NCBI RefSeq assembly: GCF_018977255.1
Contig: NW_024704742.1
Span: forward strand, 35,342,001-35,406,000
DNA: 64,000 nt
DNA from: Callorhinchus milii
Lineage: Eukaryota
Reading direction: 5' to 3'
Every line of letters starts with the position of its first letter. Position 1 is the stretch's first letter. Positions 1-11,840 of the stretch are shown here, piece after piece. The position numbers were made by a program, and so were the translations under genes. Under the pieces are notes generated by a model that made no database searches, had not been told where the DNA came from, and was given only the letters and a program-made list of their open reading frames with translations.

Positions 1-429
1 GAGAAGCACAGTTTGACTCAGCCTCTGATTTTATCTTCCTCTTTATTGAAAAGTGCTTTCACTCTGCCAGGATCTGTCCCAAACGATCAACTGAGATGAG
101 TTGCTCACAAGGTGGGAGAACATTGATGCAAATTTACGTCCTAACCCTTTCACGGCACCAATATGAGGAATAATGATCAGTCACTATTAATAATAGTATT
201 TATATTTGTTTATGTAATTCCTTATCATGTCATTTAAATATGTCAAAGTATTTCACAGGATTTTACTGTGAAGTGTTGTGACTGTGTACTTGTACTCTCA
301 TGTCCACACACTATTGCCATTTCTCACTGGGTACAGGGACAGGGCATGTGCATACTACTACCATTTAATACAGTACTTATACGTCCGCAATTGTCTCAGT
401 GAATAAATTGCATCTCTCTGTGTCTTTAT

Positions 430-1121
430 TAATAATAATCCTTGCATTTGATATAGCGCCATATCATGGCTTTGAGATGTCTCTAAGCGCTTCACAGAAT
501 ATACTGTAAAGTGAATTGACTGTATTTTGTGGGTGAGACGCGGCAGCCAATTGTGCACAGCAGTGTCCCACAAACAGTCGTGGATTGAGTGACAGATTTA
601 TTTTTAAGGAATTATTACCCTTGGAAAAGCAATCGAATGATCCAAGTGACTAACAAACAGGTTCCTACTTACTGCTAGGTAAACAGAGGTGTGTGAAGTA
701 AGGAAACTTGCCCAGCATTTTGCCCTGACAGGAATCATATCCAGGTCTCTCGCCTGTAGCTCAGTGGTTCGAGCTCTCGGTTTGCAAGCGAGAGACCTGA
801 GTTCAATTCCAGGCAGGGCGAAACCTTGGGCAAGTTTCCTTACTCTACACGCCTAATAATAATCCCTCCAAAACAAAAAAAACAATAATAAATTGGTCAT
901 TTTCAATCTACGACTGTTTGTGGGACATTGCTGTGCGCAATTGGCTGCCGCGTTCGCCCACAAATATACAGTCAATTCACTTCACAGTGTGTTCTGTGAA
1001 GCGCTTTGGGACGTCCTCCTGACGTGAAAAGCGCTATATCAAATGCAAGGATTATTATTATTATTATGATTATTATTATTATTGTGAGGTGAGTGCTCTA
1101 ACCACTGAGCTACAGGGTACC
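430..1121 (-). mobile_element. tRNA-headed SINE (older subfamily), split by a second SINE inserted at ~753-1083
   Basis: (AAT)n tail at 430 and body ...ccaggtctctcgc to ~752; the head resumes at ~1082 (ttgtgaggtgagtgctctaaccactgagctacagg). Matches the intact minus copy at 27704-28026. Confidence 0.85.
753..1083 (+). mobile_element. Young tRNA-Ala-derived SINE, lacking the first few bases
   Basis: A-box-like tagctcagtgg, B-box-like gagttcaattcc, Deu-like core tgtgggacattgctgtgcgcaattggctgccgcgtt, L2-like 3' end and (ATT)n tail; near-identical to the 42986 and 53878 copies. Confidence 0.92.
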
Positions 1122-1239
1122 ACGAATAATGTTATAAGTCTGTTTGTCTACAAATACAGTCACTGCACTTTACAATAAATCCTGTAAAGTGCTGTGGGAT
1201 GTCCATGTAATGTGAAAGATACACTAGCAAATGCAAAGA

Positions 1240-1662
1240 TTAATAATAATAATCCTTACATTTGATATAGCACCTCTCACATGGTGAATTGGATGTCTCC
1301 AAGTGCTTCACAGGATATACTGTAAAGTGTAATAACTGTGTATTTTGTTAGCGAACTTGGAGGCAAATTTGTGTCCAGCAATATCCCACAAACAGCCATG
1401 AATTGAATGATTAATTTTATTTGGGGAAGGAAACTGGGAGAAATTCCCTGCTCTTTTTGAAAAGTATCATGGGATCTTTAACGTCCATCTGAACAGACAG
1501 ATGGGGCCTCGGTTTAATATCTTATTCGAATGACACCACCTCCAGAAACACAGCATTCCCCCAGCACTGCACTAGAGTGTAGCTTATCTATGAATTCAAA
1601 GTCATGTCGTGGGGCTTGAACGCACAACCTTTTGTCAAGTACGCTACCAACTGAGCCAGGAT
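1240..1662 (-). mobile_element. Older Deu-domain SINE (SacSINE/AmnSINE-like)
   Basis: Reverse strand reads a tRNA-like head (tggctcagttggtagcg), a Deu-like core (cagatggacgttaaagatcccatgatact) and an (ATT)n tail. Confidence 0.75.
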
Positions 1663-3227
1663 GACTCTTTATAGTATGAAACATAATCTAGCGAATCAAC
1701 AGAAAAAAAGAGATGTGCCAGAATTATTTGGAAATGAATGGGGTATATTTTGGAGGGGAAGAGGCTTTAAACTGCTAATTTTCAAATTGTATTTGGAATA
1801 GCAATGATAGATAATATCTCAATATCAAAATAATTTTTTAAAATCTTCTTTGTTCAAATCAGCTGTGCAAATAAATAATTCTTCAGTTTTCCCCACACAC
1901 TAGGGAACATAATATGTTCTTTCTCCACAAAATCCAATAATATGATTTTAACTGCCTTGTAATAAAAATGCTGTAAAATAATGCTGAATGTATTTCACAG
2001 GATCACAAAGAGGTTTGGGATAAAGAAGCCCTCAGTTCATTTGGTTTAATCCTTTCAGAATGCCAAACCCACAGTCTTCACATAACAGCATCAAGCTGTT
2101 TCTTAAATAAATTCAGTAACCTTTATCACTTTTCCTGGTGACCTGTCCCAGCTGTTGAGTACTATCTGCATATAGGAAAACATATCTTGGTGTCTGTCCC
2201 AACCTGGAAAATATCATTTCATATAGTTGCCTTTGCTAAAACAACAACACCAACTTGCATTTATATGCACTCTTCATGCAGGATATTGTCTGAGAGCGTC
2301 TAAAGAAGTTATAAAATGTATTTATCATTGCAATTAAAATCATTCCTAATTTACCTGGGGTCTAGAATGTGGGGATTTTAGGAGGATTCCTAAATATAGA
2401 TTACTACACCATGCCCCGATAATCAGCTGGAACTTATTTCATGATCAGTTTCATGACTTCTACCCTAGGAAGCTCCCCTTGCTGGGAAGAAGATTGACCA
2501 GAAATTGCACCTGAGCAGAGTTCCATTATGTGAGATACATCAAGGATATATCATAAAAAATTGGATATATCATTAAAAGAAGTATCTAATGAGGTTTGAT
2601 TAGATAAGAACTCTCCGCATTGCTCACAGAAACTCAGGAATTTTCATCCATCCCCTTATCTCTATTCTTTAACTCTGATTTCCTTTCCTCCACACATTTT
2701 CCCTCTCCCCTATCCATGGTTCCTACCAGCTCAAGCAGCAGAAATCATTGTGCCTTATGTGAAATATTTGTATGTTATAGTGTGTACCTATCCTTATGTT
2801 CTCCACTCCCATTCTTAAGCAGATACTTATTTGGGTCTTTTTTTAAAGGAATTAATCAACTCAGAAACTTGCTTTTGCAGGTAGTCTATTCTGCGTATCC
2901 ATGACTCTGCAACGGAAAAACAATCCTCTGATCTTTGGTTCTGCTCGAGGCTTACTTTACTAATGATCATTTTAGAAAAAAAAAGCTTCAGAGGTGGGAG
3001 AATCAGGAAATATCATTTAATGTGGATGAGAACAATGATGAGAAATAACCCTGGAAAGCACATTGTAATGAGCTACAGAAGAAAGCTTCCTCTTTGATAA
3101 ATCTGTGACTTCAACTTCCCCCAGAGATGAAAGAAGAGCTTTAATCCCTTTTTCCTCTTATTTCTTCTCTTGAAACCATAAGGGTAAGGCAAAACTTTTC
3201 AATTGTCCCTCCCAATTCTGATGTAGT

Positions 3228-3530
3228 ATCATAGAATTATACAGCACAGAAGGAGACCATCGACCCATCGTGTTTGTGTCGGCTCTTTGAAGCTATCCAA
3301 ATCAATCCCACTCCCCCACTCTCTCCGCTTAGCCCTGCAAACTAGTCCTCCCTAAATAATTATCTTCTTCTCTCTTAAAAGTTGTTATCGAATCGGCTTC
3401 CACCACCCTTTCAACAACTCGCTGTGTGAAAACATTTCTCATCACCTCCCCTCTGTTTCTTTTAACAACTATTTTAAATCATTCTCCTCGGGTTACCGAC
3501 CCACCCGCCAGTGGAAATAGTTTCTCCATG
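3228..3530 (-). mobile_element. CR1-clade LINE 3' end
   Basis: atcatagaat...acagaaggagacc...cccatc 3'UTR signature followed by reverse-strand ORF2 C-terminal remnants. Confidence 0.75.
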
Positions 3531-3689
3531 TTTTATGTCACCTTAGTTTCTGTTTTCAATCCTACACCTTAATATTGAATGGTATACTATCCTCCTGGAA
3601 AGTGAGGGTGGGGAGGTAACAGAATCTCTTTGGAGCTGAACTGGCTCCAAGGTGACGTGTTTAGCAACAGAATGCCAAAATCGAGCCAA

Positions 3690-4132
3690 CCCTCTTTGGC
3701 AGTCTTGGTATTCTAGTTCCTGAGCCAGGAAGGTCCACAGTACTCCTGAGCACTGATGATGACTGCCCAGCCAGCTTGGCTTAATAGCAGGTCTTGGAAT
3801 GGCAAACCAGTTTCTGGGGACAGGGACTCTTCCACTCAGTTCCCGTTAATCCTGAAAGCCAAAGCCTTAACAGGGAAGGTGGTACCAGCTGGACAAGCAG
3901 TGGGATAGCTTTCAATGGCAAGCTATGTGCTTTTAGCTGGTTAGACTCCAATAGTACCCCAACACACACTCTGGAGTCCCCAAACCTTAGTTCTTGCCAA
4001 TCTGTATATAATACTCTAAATACCTCTGGAGTTTCCTCGTTTAGGTGGAATGCATGGAACTCTCAGTTTGGTTTGGATACCATTAAGCATGGTGATGGGT
4101 TTCTGCGTGTATCAGACACTTGGGTGACCCCC
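3690..4132 (+). repeat. Unclassified ~0.45-0.5 kb interspersed repeat, copy 1 (orientation arbitrary)
   Basis: Collinear with 7362-7390+9432-9917, 25345-25652 and reverse 19965-20220; shared motifs ttttagctggttagactcca and ttaagcatggtgat. Confidence 0.8.
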
Positions 4133-4550
4133 AAAAATTATGAACAATTCACTTCTTCAAGTTAACCTACTCAAAATATCATCTCCCCTTTGGACCATAC
4201 TTATGCTTTCAAAATTGTATACAGTAAAATAAGTAAAATTTTCATTTGGACGGCACACACCAGGATCCAAGCCCGTCATAAGGATTCAAGAATTCAGGCC
4301 TTAAAAGGACCATTGCCCTGTAACTAGTGAGTCCTCTCAGAAATCCTTACACCACTCTATCTTTAATGCCCTTCAATTGATAGCTTCACTAAATAACTAT
4401 CTAATTATAAGAATCTTTGCATTTGAAATACCAACTTAAAATGTTGTTGCGACAACAACATGTCAAGTTGCTATTTCAAATTTTAACTACATCATTGACG
4501 CTTTTGAAGTTGCTGACACCTACCTGGTTAGTTCACTTCACATAGTCAAA

Positions 4551-5045
4551 ACAACAACCACAGCAGCAACTAACATTTATATAGGGTCCTTCATGTTGGA
4601 AAAGGTCTTTGAGCAGTGTACAGTAGCAGAGTTGGTCACCAAACAAGGAAGAAGATGACCATAGGTGTGGTCGGAGAACTAGGTCTTAAGGGGGAAATTT
4701 GAAGATAGTTAAAGAGGGAACAGGAAGAGAGATTAAGGCAGGGAGTTCCAGAGATTAGCGGCATAGTGGAAGGTATGGCCACAGATGGTAGCGTGGAGGA
4801 TGATACAGTAGGTCTGTGTTAGATAAGCAAAGGGGACAGTCAGAAGAATGAGTTATGAGCAGATCAGAGGATAAGGAGCTGCTAATGGTGTGAAGGTGTG
4901 AGGGTGCGCATCTTGAAATATAAGATTGTTCGGAGATAGGGAACCAATTGAGGCTGGCAAGGATTGGGGTGATGAGCGTGCAAAGTTTGGTGCTGGTGAG
5001 GTTAATGGAGGCGGAGTTTTGTATCAGCTGGACCTTGTGGTCAAA
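4551..5045 (-). mobile_element. L2 LINE 3' fragment
   Basis: ORF 4755-5072 QLIQNSA...ITPILASLNWFPI is L2 ORF2 C-terminus-like; degenerate (CAA)n tail at left. Confidence 0.8.
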
Positions 5046-5149
5046 ATTATAAAATAATTGGAGGGAATGCAATATATGATGGCATAATTATCAATGTTGC
5101 GATAAATCAAGAAATATATTTAATCAAGTAAATATTATTATGGCCAACC

Positions 5150-5310
5150 ATAAAGCTTGGCCACCACTGGTTTAATACCTCAGCTAAAGGATGGTACAGT
5201 GCAGTTCCCCCAGTGCAGTTCTGGGGTGTCAGCCTAAACTGTGAACTCAAGACCTGATTTGGGCTTGAAGTTATAACCTTTTGACCTAGAGTCAGTAATT
5301 TTACCAGTAA
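5150..5310 (-). mobile_element. Deu-SINE 5' fragment
   Basis: Reverse strand gactctaggtcaaaaggttataacttcaagccc...ggctgacacccc...gcactgggggaactgcactgt resembles the other Deu-SINE heads in the window. Confidence 0.55.
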
Positions 5311-7390
5311 CAATTCCTGATATTCACATTACACAGTGTTTTGTCACAAAGTGTACAATAAATAAAAGATAACATCTTTGAAAATCCATTGTCTGTGAAT
5401 GTAATGGTTTCTTTCAAATAAAACAACTTTAGGAAATGCTTATCCACGTATCAATGTCCTGTCCTGACGCTAATACATTTAACAGCCTTAATACGCTTGC
5501 AAAGCATTGATATGTGTGGTCTGAAATTCGGGTAAAACATAGTATCTTTGGCAATACATGTTTATTATTGGGAAATCCCATTACCAATCAACATCTAAAG
5601 TCGCTGTGTGTAAAGTCGATGGAATTTGCTATGAAATGTACTTTTTATTCCAGCATTATCAGCAAATAGAATATTTACTGTTCAATACAGTCGGAGTGCC
5701 AAACTGTAGCTTCATTTGGTAATTTGCGGCTACAAAATACACATCACTACACTTTACAATGTGATCCTGTGGAATGCTACGAGACAACTTACCTCGCATG
5801 AAAGGTACTATATCAAATGCAAAGATTATTGTACATATTGTACATAAGTATATATTTTTAAAATGCTTGCGCAGAAGTAAACCTGGATCAGGTAATAACT
5901 TTTTTCCCTTCAGGTTTTCATTGTGTTTCTATTCTAATAATGAACAGCAGTACGGTTAGCGCGCATGGTAATGAAGTCAACTGCATGCCAAACACAGAGT
6001 CCGGCCTGCAAATGTAATTTCCTCGTGTGAGAATAAATCATTTTTTGAAGGTTTTACTGGAAACTCTCCTGGATATTCAAATCTGCTGTTTTGATTGAAG
6101 TAATCACAATGTCTGGTGGAGCTGTAATTCGGCAGAAGGTTAAAGCAGGTGACCTGCAGAGATATGATCTTGTTTACTGGGGATATTGCTGGAAGATTAC
6201 TCTCAAGGGTCTTATTAGTCCACATGATTAAAAACAAAGCTTGATATCCAACACTGCTATGATTGCTGAATAATTTCTTGACAGAGGGGGATTGTTTAAT
6301 TTAGCATTTAGACTTATACTTGGAGGATAATGTCTTACAGTAATTCAAACAATAGATTCTTACTGGATTATGGTTTTATTATAAGTATTAAACAATATCA
6401 AAATCATAATAAAAGCATCAGAAATCATCCACAGATAGATATGGGTGGCTTAGGATCATACTGATCCTTCTAAACTCTGATTTACTTCTATCATCACTAT
6501 AGAATTAATGTATAATAAATTTGGACTCACTGCCTGCTATCAGCAGGTATTATTGAACACTCACTGGAGGACTTGCAGAAATAATATGCCCTACTTTCAC
6601 CCGCCTGTGACTGCCATAAGCCACTTGCTGATGTGGTTCAGTTAATCTGCTAGAGACATTTTAACTGTAGGAAAAATGAAATGAAATACTGTACTCTGAA
6701 GACATCAGACTACAGAGCCATGTCTCTGTTCTGTTGTCAATGTGCAACTCTCACTACAGCACAGGTTGATGTTATGCAAAAGTACCCCAGTCGTCAGCTA
6801 AAAGTTACAGTAACATATAGCAGTCGATACCAATCGGAAATAGACCAGAGAGAATCATGTTCTATTTAAATGTTATCCTTGTGTGTTCTGGTTTTATTTA
6901 CATGGTTATGTTTACAGAATTTTTTAAAATATTCATGTGTTCAATTAAAGCGGGATAAATTGTTCCACACTGCGGTTTTATGATTTAAAATGGATCAATT
7001 GGAAGAAAATAATACCTTTAATGTTTATGAAAGAGCGGGATCTCTTCCAAAATGCTTTACTGGTACTGGGGTTTGGGGTGGGGGGATGGGGTGTGGGGGT
7101 TGGGGTGATGGGAATGCAGGGCACCTCCCTGCATGTTGCTTATTTGTTTTTAGGAATCTTACTATTCAGATCACTTATTGCAGCATCTGCTGCACTACCG
7201 GTACAGCGCCTCTGTTTATTTAGCAGGGTTAGGGTTAAGTGATATTTAGTACAAATCTCAGCATGCGCCTGCCTGTTCTTAATGTTCTTTGCTTTTATTT
7301 TGCTCCACAAATAATACAGGTTGCTATGTCTTATTGGGGAAATCAAATACTCATGTCTTATTCCTCTGTGATGGTCTCAGTAGTCTGGTT

Positions 7391-9431
7391 CAACAACATC
7401 AACAACAACGTGCACTTATATAGCGCCCTCCATGCATGGTAACGTCTCAGAACGCTTCACAGTGGCGGAGCCTGACTCTGAGCCGGGTTGAGGTGGGAGG
7501 TGGCTGCAAGCACAGTCGAACAGGTAAGTTTTCAGGAGGGACTTGAAAGAGGGGAGAGAAGGGGGCAAGGTGGAGGGATTGAGGGAGAGTATTTCAGAGT
7601 TTTAGGTCGCAGTGACTGAAAGCACGACCTCTGATGGTGGGGCGGAGGGTGCGAAGGACGAGCAAGAGGCCAGTGCAAGTCGAGAGGAGGCGCCGGGTGT
7701 TGGAGTGGCGAGTGAGGAGATTGGAGAGGTAGGGAGGTGCCAGAGAGTGAATGGATTTGAACACGAGTGTGAGGATCTTGAAGTCGATCCATTCAGTGAT
7801 CGGAAGCCAATGGATCCTGGCCAGACCTGATGAGATGTGGGCATGGAGTTTGATCCAGGTCAGTATGTGGGCAGCAGAGTTCTGAATGAGCTGGTTCTTG
7901 TGAATGGTGGAGCTGGGGAGATCGGTGAGGAGTGTGTTGGAGTAATCCAAGCGGGAGATGACAACTGTATGCACAAGGATTTCGGCTGCATTTGAGGTAA
8001 GATACAGTCGGAGGTGGGCAATGTGGCGGAGGTAGAAGAAAGTGGTCCTGATCAGGGACCGGATGTGGGGGAGGAAGTTGGGGGTCGAACTGGATGCCTA
8101 GGTTGTGCACTGGTTTGGTGAGTCTGAGGGAGAGCCCAGGGAGGTTGAGGAGTTTAGGTCCGCAGGAGGGAAGACATTGACGGGAGCCAAGGCGTATGGT
8201 TTCTGCCTTGTCCATATTCAGCTGCAGGAAGCTTACACTCATCCAGGCCTTGATGTCTGCCAGACAAGCTGATAGAACATTGGCGGACCTGGAGTTGGTA
8301 CTGTAGGAGGCAAAGTAGATTTGTGTGTCATCTGCTTACATGTGGAAGTTTACCCCGTGACTGCGGATGACATCGCCCAGAGGGAGCATATGGAAAAGAA
8401 GAGGGCCAAGGATGAAGGCCTGGGGTACCCCGCAGGTGACCAGGTGGGGGCGGGAGGAGAAACCATTTGCTGAGATGAAATGGAGGTGGATGGTTAAGTA
8501 GGACTCGAACCATGCGAGTGTGATCCCACTAAGGTAGATGAGGGAGGAGAGGTGATGGAGGAGGACGGCATGGTCAACTGTGTTGAATGCAGCAAGAGGA
8601 TGAGGAGGTAGAGGGAGCCCTGGTCACAGATAGAGAAAATGTCATTCGTGACTTTGACAAGTTCTGTCTCTGTGTTGTGGGCAGGGCAAAAACCAGATTG
8701 CAGCGGCTTGAGGAGGGAACGGAAGGAAAGGGGTGACCGAAGTTGACCTGCAGCAATGCGTTCCAGGACTTTAGCAAGGAAGCGTAGGTTGGAGATGGAA
8801 TGGTAATGTGAGAGATTAGAGGGATCGAGGGTGGTTTTTATTGAGGAGGAGTTTGATGGCAGCGGTTTTCAGGGGGAGTGGAACAGAGCCTGAGGAGAGA
8901 GACTGGTTGACCAGGTCGGCTGTCGGGGAGAGAAAAGGGGGAGTTGAGTGACCAGCAGCTGGGTGGGGAGGGGGTCAAGGTAGCAAGTGGTGAACTTCAT
9001 CTGGTTGATTGTGGTTGAGAGGGAGGAGGGAGAAATGGGGGCAAAGGAGTGTAAGGAGGGGGGAGTGGCAGGAGCTGTGGCAGAGGGAGAAGGCGTTGTG
9101 AATGGATGGGTGGGATGGAAGGGGACATGGGGGGGAGGACGATGCAGCCATGCAGATGTTTTCAATTTTTGAGGCAAAGAAGTCTAGGACCTGTTCGCAC
9201 TTGACGTTTGACCTGAGGATCGAGGGAGCTTGAGGGGGTGCACGGAGGAGGTGATGGACGGTGGGAAACACCATCTTTGGATTGTTGTTTGCCTTTGGGA
9301 TGACTTTGGAGTAAAAGTCAGTTTTGGCCTGTGAAAAGTAGAGGCGGTAGGTGCAGAGGTTCTCGAGCCACAGCTAGCGGGGAATTGTGAGGCTGGATTT
9401 CTGCCATCTGCCCTCGAGCTTCTGGGTTTGT
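7391..9431 (-). mobile_element. L2 LINE, ~2 kb 5'-truncated and frameshifted (tail type A)
   Basis: RT motifs on minus strand: LDPLPT, PQ(G)...LGPL, FHM*ADDTQ (Y codon mutated to stop), SRLDYSN, HWLPI; (CAA)n tail at 7391. Confidence 0.95.
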
Positions 9432-9917
9432 GGTTCCTGAGCCAGGCACATCCACAGTATTCCAGGGCACTGCTGATGACAGCACAGCCAGCCTGGCTCA
9501 TTGGCAGGACCTGGAAGGGCAGACCAGTCACTGGGGGCAGGGAGTCATCCCACTCAGCTCCTGTTAACCCTGCAAGCCAAAGCCTTAATTGTTAGGGTGG
9601 TCCTAGCTGGACAAACAGAGGGAAAGCTTGCTGGACAATATCAATGACAAGCTATGCAGTTTTAGCTGGTTAGACTCCAGCGCTACCCCAACGCACACTC
9701 TGGGGTTCCTAAGCCTTGGTTTTTGCCAACCTGTGCCTAATACTTTCTGGACTTAGGTAAGTAGGATGCGTCCCTCCAGAAAGAAAGTGTGCATTTCATT
9801 CCAACAATCTATCTCTGGGATTTTCATGTGTAGGTGGGATGCATGGAAATCTCAGCTTGGTTTGGAAACTCTTAAGCATGGTGATAGGTACATGTATCAG
9901 AAACCCGGCTGACCAAA
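9432..9917 (+). repeat. Unclassified repeat, copy 2 (left stub at 7362-7390, split by the L2)
   Basis: cctctgtgatggtctcagtagtctggtt|cctgagccagg rejoins to match copy 1 cctctttggcagtcttggtattctagttcctgagccagg. Confidence 0.8.
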
Positions 9918-10109
9918 ATATTTAAAAACAAATCTGAGTCTGACATGACATTTGGTACAAACTGCTTCCAAATGTCATGTCAAGTGTGGTGATCTTCAGA
10001 TTATTTTTCCCATCCTCATTGTGATAGCCCCTTATCTCTTATTTCAGGTGTCTGGCACCCATGGAAACCAATCACCATGCTTAAGAGTCTTCAAAGCAAA
10101 CTATTTAGA

Positions 10110-10410
10110 GGTTCACATGTGACTCGTTTGGATTTGTCTAGTATGAAGTGTACACGATAGACTGATGTGCTTCTCACTGTCCAAATAGGATCCTCAAGAG
10201 CTTTTGTCTTGCCTTGTCGACTAGCAGGTACTAGGGATTTATTACAAGCCTCTTTGAGTATCGCTTTCTCATGCAATGCAACAGCTGAGCTTGGGAGATA
10301 CTACGTGAGGAATCAGATACAAACTGTATCTTACTATCCTGCTTGACGATGATCAATGCTGCCAGAAATCTGAACTTACAACAAGAAACTGCTAAGAATT
10401 TAAAAATATT
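10110..10410 (-). mobile_element. Probable DIRS-type tyrosine recombinase relic
   Basis: KFRFLAALIIVKQDSKIQFVSDS resembles the DIRS YR motif KTxFLLALxSAxRVSELQALS; later RVHFILDKSK resembles RALxxYLDRT. Very decayed. Confidence 0.4.
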
Positions 10411-10596
10411 TTCCAATCATGCTTTATGGCGTTAGTCAATTTTATACTCATCCACCTTCGCAAACCACCTCAAAGATTACAAGAAAAGTTAGGTGAAAGC
10501 CATATGCCCATTTGTGGGTAAAGTTTGTGATGTTTTAAAGCATTTATTTGTGTAAAATTACTGGTAGTTAGCTGGAATTGCTCCCTTTTTCAAATG

Positions 10597-10790
10597 ACAA
10601 CAACTTGCATTTTTATAGTGGGTTACCCGTAGTATCATGTCTCAGGGCGCTTTACAATGATGGGTTTGGAACCCAGGCTTGATAGAGGCGAGAGGGATAT
10701 GTGACCATAGGTGTGGTCAAAGAGATGTGTTTTACAGACAGATAGAGATAGGGTGCAGTGGAGGAATACAGGCGGGGAGGGGTTCCAGAT
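10597..10790 (-). mobile_element. L2 3' fragment
   Basis: acaacaacttgcattttta tail plus L2 3' body. Confidence 0.7.
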
Positions 10791-10924
10791 TTGGATTGCT
10801 GTTATATTTCTTCTTCCTTGAAGTGAGTATTATTGTAAATTCTAACCTCAAGACTCTTCTAACCTATTTCATTTGTTGAATATTTATTTTCCAAGGTTAG
10901 TCTGCTGAGTAACTGCAAAAATGA

Positions 10925-11130
10925 TCAAGCTTTCAGCCACTATTCCCCCACTTTCTAGAACTTTCCCCAAATCCCACCTCCACCTCAGGCCCTCCCTTTC
11001 TGCTTTCAAAACTTTTCTAAAAATCTGTCTCTTCACTTGGACCTTCAGTCATCTCCTTCCTATTTCCCTATCTCCCACCTTTCCTGGGCTCCCACTCTAT
11101 CTCTGTGAAGTTTTCCACCATGAAAGGCAC
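10925..11130 (+). mobile_element. L2 3' fragment
   Basis: PSLSAFKTFLKICLF (L2 ORF2 end) and ttattgttgtt tail. Confidence 0.7.
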
Positions 11131-11399
11131 AATATAAGTTATTGTTGTTTCACAAAACATGCTTTTCTGCTGTTTTTCACGAAGAGCAGAACATGCTGTG
11201 ATATTTTGAATATGCTCCTGCATGTTCAGCTGGCAAATGTTTCCAGAAAGCACGGTTAGCAATTGTTTGGAGGTCAGAAATGGGGAGCCCAGCAGGTATT
11301 AACAATAATATGTCCTCTGATGTCCCACAGCTTACTTCATTGACTTCAGTCTAAGGATTGTACTCCTGAAGGTCACTTGTCATGTGATTCTCAGACCTT

Positions 11400-11840
11400 G
11401 AGTTGATGGGAATAAGAATCACTCCTATGATCTGATTATGGGAAAAGCCTCAATTTTACTACCTTCCATTCAGATGGTTGTTCTCTCCATGCTGTCCACC
11501 TCTTTGACCTTCTTTGTCAGCTACTACGGGAAATCATCAGGAACTACGTCAAAGTTAATGTATTCTAGCTTATTTGACTTTTTAATAAGTTCTTGCTAAT
11601 TATCATTACACAAGCCTAAATATCAGAGCTCCGAGTGAACTTGGTGAAGGAACATGAGGAGGTCAAAATTCCTGTGCTGGCACAAGGCCTGAGCTGTTTC
11701 AATATCCTCTCAACAGTTTTAGACGTGGTACAATTTCCCCTTGAACATGATGTCAATATGTTGATATGTCTCCCTTTATTAAGACACCATCCAACTGATA
11801 ACAGGTCCTGCTGTGTTTCACCAACATAAATAATTAGAAT
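11400..11840 (-). mobile_element. Probable DIRS-type reverse transcriptase relic
   Basis: Minus strand ETQQDLLSV / WMVS**RETYQHIDI / GILTSSCSFTK / (F)LDDF.VVA across frameshifts, in the order of DIRS METL..., WMVSLDLKDAYFHIPI, GLSTAPRVFTK, YLDD. Confidence 0.5.

Noticed and set aside
1..142. Minus-strand terminal coding exon at the window start
   Set aside because: No polypyrimidine tract before the AG and no recognisable peptide.
2080..2175. Minus-strand exon (...tgcag|atagtactc...aag|gt)
   Set aside because: The translation IVLNSWDRSPGKVIK matches a decayed CR1 ORF2 C-terminus.
6600..6690. Strong minus-strand splice acceptor as a coding exon
   Set aside because: All three frames hit a stop within a few codons.
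9941..9982. Known miRNA hairpin
   Set aside because: Too short for a pre-miRNA, and I recognise no conserved vertebrate miRNA here or elsewhere in the window; no database search was possible.
11790..11830. GIY-YIG motif (YVGETQQ) of a Penelope element
   Set aside because: No upstream VY/GIY-Cys context; the adjoining motifs fit a DIRS RT better.
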